Below, piece by piece: positions 27,906 to 41,285 of a DNA stretch of 64,000 bases. The DNA comes from Lytechinus pictus. Its lineage: Eukaryota. The translations under genes and the position numbers were made by a program. The notes under the pieces were generated by a model, which saw only the letters and a program-made list of their open reading frames with translations, made no database searches and was not told where the DNA came from. Numbering within the stretch: position 1 is the first letter of the stretch; each line of letters begins with the position of its first letter. The DNA lies in the NCBI RefSeq assembly GCF_037042905.1, contig NC_087245.1:28212001-28276000 (forward strand), read 5' to 3'.

Positions 27906-28929
27906 TAGGCCTGGGACTTTCGGGTATTTTTGTCTTCGGGTACCCGTGGTAATTTTCAGGCGGGTACCCGAAATTCATGTCGCATGAAATATGACTGGTG
28001 GAAAAACCCCATAGGTGACGTCATCCAGCCACTGCGCCACAAGCAAACTTATGAATGAAAATATAGTAAGCATGCGCAGTGCAAGCCTCCCGTGCCCCAC
28101 GTAGTATCCATCAAAACAAGTTTGCAATACTCTGTCACCTCGTACCAAAATCGACCTAGAATTCCCCTTTCCGATATTTCATATTAATTATGAAAGGTAT
28201 TCTCGGAAGATCTGTTTTCTCACCAATACCACACAGGTAAGCAAACTTTGATTACTTCTTGCTTTACCGTCAAAATCTTACGAAGTAGCGTCGATATTAC
28301 ATCGTGTTCGTGAGTTTGTAGAATCTATCGCTACATGCACAAAGTCAGTTGATATCCGGGCAGTTTCGGAGCGCCGAATGCGCCAGCCAATCACGGTCGT
28401 GTTACCATAATTAATGTATATCGCTAATCAGAAGTTCAGAACCGTAATGTATCATGGGATCGAAAAGGGGACCGTTAGCTAGCTCTGCGCACCATGGAAA
28501 TTTCTGTGCTGCGCACGTGCAGAGCTAGCTAACGGCCCCCTTTTCGATCCCATGATGCATTGCGATTCTGATTAGCGATAAACCTTATTTTCAGTTTATG
28601 ATGAACTGAAAATGGTAACACGAACGTGGTTGGCTGGCGCTTCGTATGCTCAAGCTGCAAAAGAAACATGGCGACGATCGAACGATCTCAGTCACATCAT
28701 CACTTGAAAAACTTGTATATTTATGGATATTTCGAGGGTAATTGGTGAGATTCAAAATGAGACTTGTGTACTTTTGTGATGAGTTACAACCATGTCTTAC
28801 ACTACGCAATACAAATCAAATACATATATACTGGCAAGCAATATTCGGGTATCGGGTATTGATTTTTCTACCCAGGTACCCGAGGCTTCCGGGCGGGACC
28901 CGGGTACCCGGGTTTTAGTCCCAGCCCTA
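27906..28929. mobile_element. Non-autonomous hAT element (TAGG.CTGGGACT TIR, 8-bp TSD)
   Basis: TSD TTAAAATT on both sides; subterminal CGGGTACCCG repeats; internal hairpin at ~28374-28645. Confidence 0.88.
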
Positions 28930-29018
28930 TTAAAATTGTTTTTATAAATGATTTTCTAACGCTTACCTCCAAATCTCGGCCAAGAACCTCCAAAGATCCT
29001 TTCATACTGCGGTGGAAC

Positions 29019-29523
29019 CCCGGGGGGGGCACTCGACCAAAAAAGTGGTGGGGGTGTGCCGCGGGCGAGACAAAAAACGGGGGCCTTGGAGCGGGCTTAT
29101 TGTAAAAAAAAGGGTCCTCGGAACGGGCTTCGGAACTACAAATGTTTGTGAAAACGGGGGTCCTTGGAACGGGTCGCCTGCGTGCGAGTGCGTATGCATC
29201 CCTATGGAACGTGCATGCAGCTGGGCTTCGGCACTACTGCCGGGCGCGCTAGCGCAGAGGCGATGGTCAGACAGCGAGCTGCGGCCGCAAAATTGCAACC
29301 GGAACGGCGTAACGGAAAATATGCGAAGCCCTGGAGCGGATTTTTTTCTTCTTTTTTTCTCGTGAAGAAGAAAATGCTATGCTTTGGAGCGGCTTTCTTT
29401 GTTCTTTTTCTCAATAAGACACAAATGCTATGCCTCGGAACGGAAATTTGAGTGTAAAAATGGGGGTCCCCTCCGCGGCACATACCCACTATGCATTATA
29501 TACTGAGTGCCCCCCCCCCCGGG
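29019..29523 (+). mobile_element. ~505-bp MITE with CCCGGGGGGGGCACTC termini and 8-bp TSD
   Basis: TSD GGTGGAAC at 29011-29018 and 29524-29531; second copy at 47573-48082. Confidence 0.92.
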
Positions 29524-29804
29524 GGTGGAACTCACATAAACAACAATCGAAATGTGAATTTTTCCGATCTAACAGTCTCGATTAAAGTCGTCGGCGCATA
29601 GGAAATTGTACAAAAAATATAAACAGGTTGCATCTCATGTAAAAACTTATGGTGAAGTATGCCATCTTTTGACAGCGAAAAAAAACCAATAAGACTATAT
29701 AAGAGGAAGACTTTCTGGGCGCCTAGAATGCAACCAGCAATACAAGCTTCCGTGCTGTAACACAACATAACAGACGAAAGGTACTAAGAAATTCTTAATT
29801 GCAA

Positions 29805-30120
29805 TCAAAACAAAAGCAAAAAAAAAGAGAAAAAACATATTAAAAAAAGGAAAAAAAGAAAAAGAAAAAAAAAAAGAAGAGAAAAGGGAAAAAAGGAAAA
29901 GAGGAAAAAAAGATAAAGAAAAAAAGATACAGAAAAGAATGAAAAAGCATAAGAAAATAAAAGAAAACAGAAAAAGAAAAGGAAAAAAAAAGAAATTAAA
30001 AGAAAAAGAAAAGCAAAAAAAGAAAGAATAAAGAAAGATTAACAGAAAAGAAAACAAAAGGTGAAAAAAGGGAAAAATGAGAAGGAAAAAAAAAGTAAAA
30101 ATAACGATGAAAGGAAAGAA
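29805..30120. repeat. A-rich polypurine low-complexity tract
   Basis: Almost only A and G; source of a spurious Phe-rich ORF. Confidence 0.9.
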
Positions 30121-30362
30121 GTTTTTCATCCTCTCAATGAAGGCTCCAAATTAAAGCAGTGGCAAAAATAGTCATTTTTTGACTGGTTGCCAACACACCA
30201 CAAGACAGAAGAAGAAGATGCAAACGGTAAAACGTATAAATAATATCACGACCTTCTCGCAGCTCTCTAAGTCTAAGACTGAGAAAGACTGGCTAGCCTT
30301 GAGGACTCTGTGATGATATTTAACAAAATATCATAAAGGAGTCCTCGGCTCAGGTGCAGGCT

Positions 30363-31133
30363 CACCCATGGGTGCATTACTGCTGCCGTGTACAGGAAAA
30401 TTGAAGGCACGGCGCATGCAAAATTGCAACAAACTCCCGCGAATTTCAGAAGAGGATTTATAAAAGTCCTCCTACGAAACTTACCGAACGATGTGAAGTC
30501 AATTCCCCCTAATATGATGAATATCCCTCAAATAGCGTCATTTACGCGTTGATTTTTCTTCTTGCTGACAAAATACGGAGCTTGCTTCTATTTCCCAAAT
30601 TTTTCGTCTAATTAGCTAAAGAGAGGGCGCGCGATTTATCTTCATATCAAAGTCACTACAAGGAAAAGACTAGGCACAAAAACTTTTTTACACGCAAATC
30701 GATGCAAAGCGTTACGCGAAGTCGGCAAAGTGTCCAATCTTTTTATTGTAAAGACTTTGGTGGAACGTTGATTGACAAACGAACGGTAGCACTTGCAGGC
30801 TTCGTTCAAGGTAAGTAGAATTTTCTATTTTTTTTTTTTTATTTGTCATCGCTTTGAATATTTTCCAAAAAGTATTATCGTCAGCAAAAATAATATAAAA
30901 TTAAAAAGTATGTTTTTTAAGTAATTGCATTTATTGGTGTCTCTATTTTATCAACCAATCATTGGAATTGCACATACAATGAATCAAGAATCTAGTTTAG
31001 TAACGAAATGAGTTTCGGCTAACATTATTTGAGTTATGAAGCGATGTTAACCGACAACTCTAAAATCCATTGCGTAAACATGTTTGTAGTGGGAGGTTAG
31101 TAAAACATACTAACCTCGCAATACGTGTTAGTG
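30363..31133 (+). mobile_element. Putative CAC..GTG (CMC/Chapaev/EnSpm-like) non-autonomous element with internal splice donor
   Basis: Starts CACCCATGGGTGCATTACTG (repeated at 31147) and ends CTAACCTCGCAATACGTGTTAGTG (inverted copy at 27720-27795); GCT on both sides. Confidence 0.5.
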
Positions 31134-32349
31134 GCTCAGGCTAGACCACCCATGGGTGCATTACTGCCGCCGTGCACAAGATAACCACTGGCACGGCACA
31201 TGCACCACTTTCAGGGGATTTTTTTATTTTTATTAGTAATAGACGAGAGATTTCAAATCAGATAAGCTTTGATATGAAGCCAATTTCATTTCCTCTGTCT
31301 TTCTGTTAATTTATATTGATGATTTTTCTTGATGTCGAAGAAGGCATGGATTTAATTCGCCTGATCCGGAATACGCATAGAGAGGGCGCGCAATATTAAT
31401 TAATAAACTTGCTTGTTTACGTCGGATCAGCTGTACTGCTGGTTGCGTTCTACGCGCTCAGCATTTTTTTCCCTCTGTCTGTTTTTTTTTATAATTTCAT
31501 GATGTAGGCCTAGCGCCATCAGCGCCGATGACTTGAATCGAGACTGTTCGATAGGAAAAATTCGCATTTTGATCGTTGTTTGCGTAATTTCCACTGCAGT
31601 ATTAAGGATCTTAGGACGGATCGGACGGAGTATCTTGGCCGAGTTTGGAGGTAAGCGTTAAAAAATCATTTTTAATTTCATAAATAATTTCGACTCTATT
31701 TTTAAAATTAACTAAGTTAGTTAGGCGTGTTCCCCAGACTCCAGAGTGGTACTTCTCTACAAAACTGTCTGTGACTCAGTGTCATAATTAACAAACTTGG
31801 CAAGTTTTGAGTGTTTTGGGGAATTTTAATATTGCTCAGACTGGCACACTCAAAATCAAATAAATAATGAAATTCATCACCAATACCATCTCGACAAGAC
31901 GCGAATTTTTATGAATGGGACTGTGATTTAAAATAGGTATGGTACTCACTGTGCTGAACCTCCGTCTAAAATGGGCTTGAAAACACATTTACATCAACGA
32001 TTCATTACAGGCTTTAAGCAAAACATCTGACCTTCCAGTGCCAGTGGCATCACTATCACAGATCTATTCATTTTATTTACGAGCGAGCTGATAGCTAGAC
32101 GGATAAGAACTGAAAAAGTCAAGTACCGGTCCAAATCTTTGATGCTGATGTTGCTGCCCTCTACGTTCATTTAAATTCACATGCAATAAATCAAACAAGT
32201 ATTAAAAAAGAAAAAGACAAGACAAGAAAAGAAAAGAGAATAAATTAAAGGAGCTACGTGAATTCACATAGAGATTATCCTAGATAGCCATGAGCATTCA
32301 CCTAAAAATCAAAACTCAAATCTCCATTTGCGGAAAGAAATACTTAAGA

Positions 32350-32628
32350 CATGGCCTTTGGGAAGCAGGGGTGCTTAATTGGGATTTGGGCGGGGATTTG
32401 GGACAGGGGGTGCTGACGGCATGGCACCCCCAAAAATTACCTTGGGGTGCTGCGTGTCTTATTCTCCATAGGCAGCACCCCAGGTATACTGGAAGATGTG
32501 TAAAAATGTAAACGAAACGACCTTCAGTTCGTAGTGATAATGAAACCCCCATTTTTTTTTTTTTTTTTTTTGCTTTTCAAATTTACTGCATGAGCACCCC
32601 AACTCGAAAAATCGTTCCCAGGGCCCTG
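32350..32628. mobile_element. hAT-type MITE
   Basis: Imperfect TIR CATGGCCTTTGGGAA / TTCCCAGGGCCCTG; flanks ACTTAAGA and ACTTAAAA (7/8). Confidence 0.65.
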
Positions 32629-35600
32629 ACTTAAAATGAATTGAAAACTAGGGGAACAATAAAGTTGAGTTTACTGTTTTTTGCTATAGTTTTACTTTAT
32701 GTATTCAAATTCAATCTTAGTTTTAAATGCTTGTTAGATGGGACTTTTTTTTAATCAAGATATAAATATAACATTTAAAGTAAAAGAAACATAGTCACAA
32801 ACCTGTCGTCCTTGTATCCGGACTTGTTTCAAATCAGGGTGTAAATATATATTATAATGCGTTTTCATAATTTTATACTCACTTCATTCCAAAGCGGTTA
32901 GATGTGGGTGTATTCCATAAACAAAATAATGCAAATATATTTCTGGTTCACTTTCGCAAAAAGAGTAATTTGGAGAATCTTTATAATTATGTATATTTAA
33001 GGGCAATTGCTCTGTGAATTAAAGAATTTAAAGTTGAGGGGCTGATCAAGAAATAATAATGACGGTACCTTTTTGTACACAGTTTAAGAAAAAAGAGCCC
33101 CATGCACCCCAGCCCCGGATCAGCGGCCCCAGACTTTGATATTTTCAATTAGGATCTAAGTGATCCTGCTGCTCACTGTACATCATGCATACTGATCCAC
33201 TTTGCATTTGAAGCAAATCATGATAGTTACTGGCTATGTTGCAATTTGAGGCGGAGCCTAGAGACGTGGCAAAAATCAAGAATCGCAGGGCTTACAGTTG
33301 TTAAAAAATAAATATTTTTTAAAAATAAAACCAAACAAACGAAGGGTTTTCTTTCCCGGCCACTAAAAACATTGATTCTCGATCCATGCACTTTAGCCAT
33401 TATGGATTTATATAGGTCTATACTTATGCAAATTGCAGTGAAGAGACTGGACACCGATATTTTTTTTCTTGTAACTTGGAATAACAACTATTTGTAAATA
33501 AATATTAAAATCAAGTGGAACTTTGGTTTGTCTGTTTTATTTTTGAATGATAATGTACCGGACCTCAGCCCCTCATCTCAAACTCACACGTTAAATATTT
33601 CCGATTTCTCACTCCCCCAATCACGGTATGGCAAAGAATTATCGACTGTACACCAGCAGCGGCAACAAGGTGGGGGAGGAGGATGGGGGTCCCGGCCCCC
33701 CACTCAGTGTTATTTAGGGTACGCCTATGCTCGTTCCCTCCCTATGAAAGCACCCCCTATCTCATGTCTGCCGAAATTTCTGAACCCCCATCGTGGGCTT
33801 TTCCTGCCTTGGAGACCCCCCTAAATCCGGAACACTGCTCAATGTACCCCCTATCTCAGGTGAGCTAGCTCTCATCACCTATCAGGACATACAACCCCCC
33901 CCCCTCCCCCTTCATCTCAGGTAAGCTGTCATTACAAAAGAGGTTCCCTGATGTCATGATGAAGGGAAAGCTTTCAAAACTAGCAGGAAATTCAGGAATT
34001 TGATCCCGGGAGTTGATACATTTTTCTATGATATTCAAGATATTTTAGTCCCGCTTTTTATATTTCTCAGGTGGCCAAAGAGAGAGAGAAAGAGAGAGAG
34101 AAAAAAAACACACCCTTTTTAAAGAAATCTCCGGGTGAAAGTCAAATACACCCCCTTTTTTTTTCAATTTGCAGGCCGGACTAGTCCCGCGAAAAAGTAC
34201 CCCTCTACTGGGAATACTGGGAGTGGGGGGGGGGGGGGGGATTGGGGCGTTGGCCAGCTCGATCGTGTAAGGGGGAAATATCACAAATTGTAAATTCGAG
34301 GAGCCTCATGCCTTTTGTACAAAATAACAGATGAATAGAGTAGGAAGGGAAATAGAAAGGTGTAGACGAAATGGGTCGTGCCGGCCCTTATCCAATTTTC
34401 CCGTTTTTCCTTTTTTTTTAATCAGGGCCTATAATCTGTATCATATACTGGGAGGGGTAAGCCAGCAGCGTCGGGACGATGCCGTTTCGGCCCTGGTTCC
34501 CTCCATTTTCATATCTCTTGTTTCCCTCCTTCGCTATTTTTCGGACGGTCTAACACCTTATAATGAAGTGTTTTCAGTTACTTCAGCAAATATAGAGAAA
34601 GGCGGGGAGATGGGGGTGCAACTCCGTTTCGGCATGGCCTCTTTCTTCACCTCTTCCTCATTTTCCCCTCTTTTAATTTTATTTCCCCTTTTCCCTTCAC
34701 TGCTTGTCTCTCTCTCTTTTCTTTTCTGCGGGGGGGGGGGGGGGCAAGGACCACACGCCCCTAGATCTTCGACTGCCGAAAGCAAGGTCCTTTCACTTCT
34801 GTTTAATTTCAATACCTTTGTGGTAAAAATAGCTGGATAAAATATATATTTTTTAATGTTCATCGTACTCTGCCCATGGAGCTAATGGGCAGAGGCCGTC
34901 CTTTATAACCTTATTTTCTTCACCCGCTTTCTTTCTTTTGCTTGTCCTTTCATTAATCTATCTTTCCCTTCATTTGCTTATCTTTCTCTAGATTTCCACG
35001 TCCCTTCTTATTCTCTCCCTTTCCTTCCTCTCTTCCCTTATCTCCCTTTCCCTTTTCTTTCTCTTAATTCCTCTCCCTTTCCCTTATTTTCCTCCCCCTC
35101 TACTTATAATTCTTTTCCAGGGGTGGGGGCAAGGCCCCCCTGGGCCCCTCCCTCACATGGATCTGGGCATGTATGCATAAATGCGGGTTCATTTTCAACT
35201 TTCACAATTGATTTTAGCATCATACAACACAAGGTCAAGATGAAGCTACAAAATTAATATTTTTTTAATACAAAAAATGACAAATTGAAATCAGCCATGA
35301 TTTGAATTAGGGAATGGTTTTTAATTCTTTTTTAATATAAACAATCATGACTTTAGATAATGACAGTACTTCTTATAGAGGTACAACTTCCATCCAGGAC
35401 AAAACAAAAATAAAGGACTAATGATTTCTTCAACTTGGAGCTGATATGTTTGGGGAAAATCTAGATACTGTATTATCAAAGAATTTTCTTGTGATGACAG
35501 GGAATAATGTTACCATACTGGCTCAAAATTATCATGGTATTGACAGTATGAAATGACCAGATTTTCTTATAAGAATATGCAATTAACAAACTGCTCACAA

Positions 35601-38600
35601 GAACAGAGGAAACTTTGATTCAAAATAAATAATTTGGACTCATTGGATCAGTAAAGTTGTGCATAAAATTGATGCTTATGATTAATCATTTAAAGTTTCT
35701 TCTTTGAAAAAAAAATATGCAGATTTTCACCTTTTTTACTCAATCCTTTATTCCCAAATCAAACAAAATAAATGGGTGATACTTGGAATATCCATTCGTT
35801 GCATTTTAATAGACATCTGATGGGTGTTTCATAAAGCTGTTGGTACGATATCAGAGACTTTACAAATGACTGCTAATCCTTTCATAGCTAAATTACCATC
35901 AATGACGATAATTATGCTGGACATCATTTTCCACAAGAAAGGATCACCTGTCGTTCATTCAGTTGCTCGTAAATTAAGAACAGCTTTATGAAACACCCAC
36001 TTAATCTGATGTTTTAATGATAATTTTACCTCATGGTTTGTACTAGGAGTGGGTTATAAATGGGTGATAGAATTCATCTGTTCCTTTTACCTTATCTCAA
36101 CATGAAATAACAATATTTTTGGTCTCAAGATTTTGTGGGGAAATGGCGGCAATCTTTGATTTTAGGCTGGCACACCTTTTTGCCGGACCCGGAAAAAAAA
36201 AATATTGCCATTTCATGTTGAGTAAAATGAGAAAAAGGTATTGAGATTTAATCTCCGATACTGATTAAAAAATACTAGAATGTATATTCATTCAAACAAC
36301 ATAGAAATCAGCATCTAAGCCATGCAGGCACACTACACAAGTCGTTGCAATCCAGTTTTCAAAGAAACTGTAACATCATTTGATAGAAACATTCCAACCT
36401 ATAAATTCTGAATGATCAGTATGAATACTGAAATTGAAATTCCATTCTATTTTTAGCCTTTCTGTAGGACTAAAAGCAAATTCAATTCCATATCATGATG
36501 ACATCATCATCACCTGAAGCTTGAGGCTGATTTGGACTTTACTCTGACCACAAGGCTTGCAGCAAAGCGGAATTCTGATTTTATTATTCCTAACATCATG
36601 CTGAGCTTCAAATAAAATAATTCAACTCCTTGGAACTTTCCACTTGAATGCAAAATACGATTTGTTAGAAATTGTGTCACATTGGATTGTGTAACATGCA
36701 CCAGGCTTAAGGATGTGGAGGAAACTTTTCAATGGATGAAATAACTTATAATTCTTTGTCTTTGAAATATAAAACGCTACATGTATATGCGTAGTAAAAA
36801 AATGACAATAGTCATACTGACAAATAAATCTTTATATTCTTGGTGTCAAGCTCGCTGTTAAAAAGTATGAATTTTCTTAATACTTCAATATAATAACAAG
36901 CTGTTCATTGAAACATTACATGATTTTAACATAAACACTGTTAGTAAGACAAGTTGCAACAAGAACATAATGTTAAGCAAATCAAAAAATAAAAACCGCT
37001 CCTCATTTTTTATACACTATATATATATACATAACTTTAGAAATGTGAATATACTGAAATATATATATTATATTCATACATTTCTCCTTCAAGGCAAGAA
37101 CTTATCTTTACATTCCAAAAGCAAAATATTAACAAAAAAGCATTGCAGGCACGACAAATGGTTTCGCAAAATTTCAATTTTTTTTCTTTTACTGTAACAT
37201 AAAAACAAAGTGTATAACTTGAACTAGAAACTGCCCTTCACCACATAAAAAAAATAAAAATAATAATTTGCTAGGAAAGTTTTAAGACTGTCATACTTTT
37301 CTTCAGGACATCAACATATCATCTGAACAATCTGGCAATGAGTCTACAACGTTCATCCATTAGTACATTTAATATCACAATATTCTAAACATTTATACAA
37401 ATTCAGGTGCAACAAAAGTGATACATGTACAATAATACTTGTAATGAAAGGCTTCGCAATAACCACCTACATCTTAATGCAAAACACAGTCTTGTGGCGC
37501 ACAAAAGCAAATAATACGTTTTCCTCTTTTGTTTTTCCTAACTCTCATGCTTACAGTTCTGGAAGATATGGCATGCAATATGATGAAACCCGAAATAAAA
37601 AATGTAACATTCATATTATGCTTCATACATGTTTTTAAGTGCATCACAAAGAGAATATTTGGAAAAATGATGTGAAAATTAAATCAATTACAAATGAATT
37701 TCAAATTCAAATAAGATATAGCCATCACACACAGCAATAAAAAGAGTACTTCTAATTCAGATAAATATCCATAGTACTATCCTAGAATGAGTTGATCGAT
37801 CAATACTATTGATCCTTTTGAAGTATTTGATCATTGATACACAAATTGGTCTCAAAATGAATACATGAAATCAAGTGTTTGGCCTTTATCCCAGATAACC
37901 ACCAAGGAGGCCATAGTCCTTAGAAGGTGTCAGGTAGACACATTGATCATACATGGACTTTCAAAATGGACCCTAAACTAGTAACAAGAAATTATTTTTT
38001 GGGATGAGAGCGGTCTCAGAGTATTCTAAAAGAGGAAGTTCACCCTGACAATAAGTTTATTGTAAAAAATGGCAGAAAAAAAATTGGTTAAGGTTTGAAT
38101 AAAATCCATCAAAGATATAAAGAGTTATTGGAATTTTCATTTTTATTCATGACATGTGCAAGAAGCTTCCCATCAATGAAATGTCATTTTCTCAGAAAAA
38201 CAAAAATGTTTTTTATTGTACCTTCAGTATATCAAATGGCAAATCATTTCATACCCACTTTGAAGAAGATCATTTTTTGTCATCATGAACTAACCATTAA
38301 AAACTTGAAATTTATGCATTTTATATTAAACACCATAATATGGGGCAGCTGCTAGTATATGACATCACAAATCAAAAAATTAACATTCAAATAACTTTCT
38401 TAATCTTTAATGGATTTTCCTAAAATCTTCACCAATATACAGTGAGTCCCACAAAAAACGAAACCGAGATTTAGCGATGATTTATCATAACTTAATCACA
38501 AATACAATAGACAAATGACCTATCATTTTAAATTTAATCAACAGATTACTTTTGTGCAATACAATAACACTTCTTGTTTACATACAACCTGCAAGCAGGC

Positions 38601-38652
38601 ATGCTTTTTCAGTCTTCGATGTTGAGCAAAATAAAATAAGATACTCGTAGAA

Positions 38653-38950
38653 GAATAATAAATAATTATAATATGTCCATTTATATAGCGCAGTTACTAT
38701 GTGCATATACTCAACTGCGCTTTGATACTTGGTATCATATTATTACCCGCTGTAGCTGAGTCGCCATATTAATAGGCGCTAAAGCATTCAAGGTATAAAT
38801 CCTACCTGGTACCAATTCACCTCACCTGGGTCGAGTGCAGCACAATGTGGGTAAATTTCTTGCTGAAGGAATTACGCCATGGCTGGGATTTGAACCCATG
38901 ACCCTTTGTTTCATAGTACGGAGACTAATCCACTGGGCCACAACGCTCCA
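38653..38950 (-). mobile_element. tRNA-derived SINE
   Basis: A-box TGGCCCAGTGG, B-box GGTTCAAATCC, shared core cagcaagaaatttacccacattgtgctgcactcgacccaggtg, (TAT)n tail. Confidence 0.85.
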
Positions 38951-41062
38951 CGAACAGGAAGACAAACAATGATCAATGGTGAAAAAAATCATAGGTTTTT
39001 AAGAACAATAAAGGAAAAAAAATCATGTTCATGATGGAAGGAATTTGCATTTAGTGCATTTTCAAAGAAAAGATATTGAGCATGCTAGCTCTTGCATCGT
39101 CCCCACTTTTGTTCAAAAGAAATTTATTGTGGACATGGATAAGGGAATGAAGGTTTAATTTTTAAGAAAATAAAATCTAAAGACTCAAGACTCAAAACTC
39201 CATGCTCATTCTGCTGTGCTCTTTACAATTACCCTGTTATGTATATTCATAAAGTACATAAGCACACTGTAAGTAAAACTGCTTGCCTAGCAAGCATCGG
39301 TACGAAACATTACAGAATAGATACATTTTGTCCTGTTGAGAAAATCTCTACAGAATTAGACGGGTTTAGGTGCTGCAGAGTTTGGTCATAAGTTTCCATG
39401 CTTTTGGTCCTTTAGTATAAACCAATTAAAAATTCTGATAAAAACCAAGTTTTTTTAGCCCTGAGATTCAGGGCTCCATGGGGGGGGGGGGGGGGGGGTT
39501 TCCATGAAGATTTCATTGTGACTAAAAGTCTCATTTAAAATCCCGGTTGCGTGTGATTTAAAATGCATCATCGGACTGGTAAAATCATGCTAAGAGATAA
39601 TGTGCAGTTGCATATTAATTAACAATATTGTTTGTTAGATATCATGTGCAAGTCATCAGTTGGGCATGACTTAAACACCCCCCCCCCCACTTCGATAAAA
39701 TAACAAATCTTGGATTAGATAAAGTTTGCCCTGGAAATCTTTTAATCCTTCAAACTGCCAGGGTCTAAGGCAGCTTCAGATTTGCGATGCTAATCCAGTG
39801 ACACAGAATGTTCCTGGGCTGATCAGAGTTCTAGTTTGCAGGGTGCTGAAGAGTTGCTTTATCTTCGCTACTGATGCAATGTGTGAGTCCTAAATTACGG
39901 TACCGCCTCTTTTGCATGGGAATCCGGCAAACGGCCTTTCTATAAAGAATCTCACATTTCATCAAAGGCAAGACAATGGGGAATGAAGGAAAGTTGCTGT
40001 GTAAAGACGCATAGCTCTTTTGTAGTGGGATTCCTGCAAGAAACCTCGGGACGTACCTATAAACAAGTGGGGACTCAAAGCGTAAGCTTTGTACCTAATC
40101 AGCAAATCCATCATCTAACAGTATATAGTATACTTTCTTTGGTGGTGTGGGGAGCCTTTCATCAACATTTTTGTCTGACAAGTTGTCAGATCTGACAACT
40201 TTCCTTGATCTTGATCGGCTGAGAAGTACGGCCACTACGGTATTTTTCGGATAAAACAGGATTTGATGGCGGAACGTCCTTTCATGAAACGCTCCTCTGA
40301 TGACATAACACAACTACCCAGGAGGCCCAACTGAGGGTTATGCTTAGTAGATTTCAGAGGACTGTAAACTTAAATGAGGCAAAGCAAGAGGGATTGAGGG
40401 CAGTTGTCTTTGGCAAGTGCATAATGACAATCTTCGCCAAATGATGTCACGGAAGATGCATTGCAGATCTAAATTTGCCTATTATGTATCCTGTGGAAAT
40501 CCGACTTTGCTTGTTCAAAATGATTGCTCTTTTGTTTTGAATCCTTATCCATATGAGGGAATAACCAGATACAGTACACTCTGCATATAAAGTCAACTTT
40601 CCAAAGTCAAATAGTCACCTAACTTGAAGCACTCTCCCAGACAAGAATATACAAAATATGTGTTAAAAACATATTCTAAGTGAAATTTTGCCCAAATCAA
40701 GATTTCTGTGATCTCAAGAGATTTGACTTAGCCTAGGCAGAGTAATATGTAGACCTGTTTGTGATACAAGATCAAGAAAATCTTAATATTTCTAACCTGT
40801 CCAGGACTATGCAGACTGATCTTCTCTCATAACCGCATGATCCAACCAGATAATTAATCCATTGGCTTCATGATCACTGTCTTAAGCCTAACATTTAAGA
40901 ACTAATTGGTCAATGGTGAAAGCATCTCAGATGCTACATTCTCACAGAAGGTTCAAAGCAGTCCCTGACGCTGCCATGCTGTCATCATCGTTAAAACTTT
41001 TTCAATCAGTTTTTATCATGCTGACCGACTGAGCGAAAAGACCCAAGACCGGGTCCACTTGG

Positions 41063-41285
41063 TCATACCACCGCAGCTCCACATCCTGCCCGTGCTACGT
41101 TCATGTTGCTTGCTCGTGACCAGGAATCACGATGCGGATCGTACACCTCGACGCTACGCAGCCGGTTGGATCCATCGTACCCGCCCATCACAAAGATTTT
41201 GTTGTCGTAGATGGAAACAGCTGGCCAGGCTCGAGGTGTAATCATTGACCGGATGGAAGACCACTGCTGGGTTTGAGTGTTGTAT
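41063..41285 (-). CDS. Kelch gene last coding exon, Kelch repeats 5-6 and stop
   Basis: ctttcag|ATACAAC; encodes YNTQTQQWSSIRSMITPRAWPAV..VMGGYDGSNRLRSVEVYDP..RAGCGAAVV then TGA. Confidence 0.95.

Noticed and set aside
29002..29489. Overlapping ORFs here and at 47114-48714
   Set aside because: They arise from GC-rich MITE and foldback sequence, are mirrored on both strands and show no recognisable domain.
29695..30129. 144-aa Phe-rich ORF
   Set aside because: It is the translation of an A-rich low-complexity tract.
30363..31170. CAC termini as RAG/Transib RSS-like signals
   Set aside because: No CACAGTG/CACWATG heptamer, no nonamer, no 5-bp TSD and no RAG-like coding sequence.
34045..34863. 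ORFs up to 169 aa and many poly-G/C runs
   Set aside because: A patchwork of small GC-ended MITE fragments and pyrimidine tracts; G-runs are a routine part of these MITEs.
38653..38950. tRNA-like sequences (also at 42894 and 63689)
   Set aside because: They are SINE heads with degenerate stems, followed by a shared SINE body and tail.
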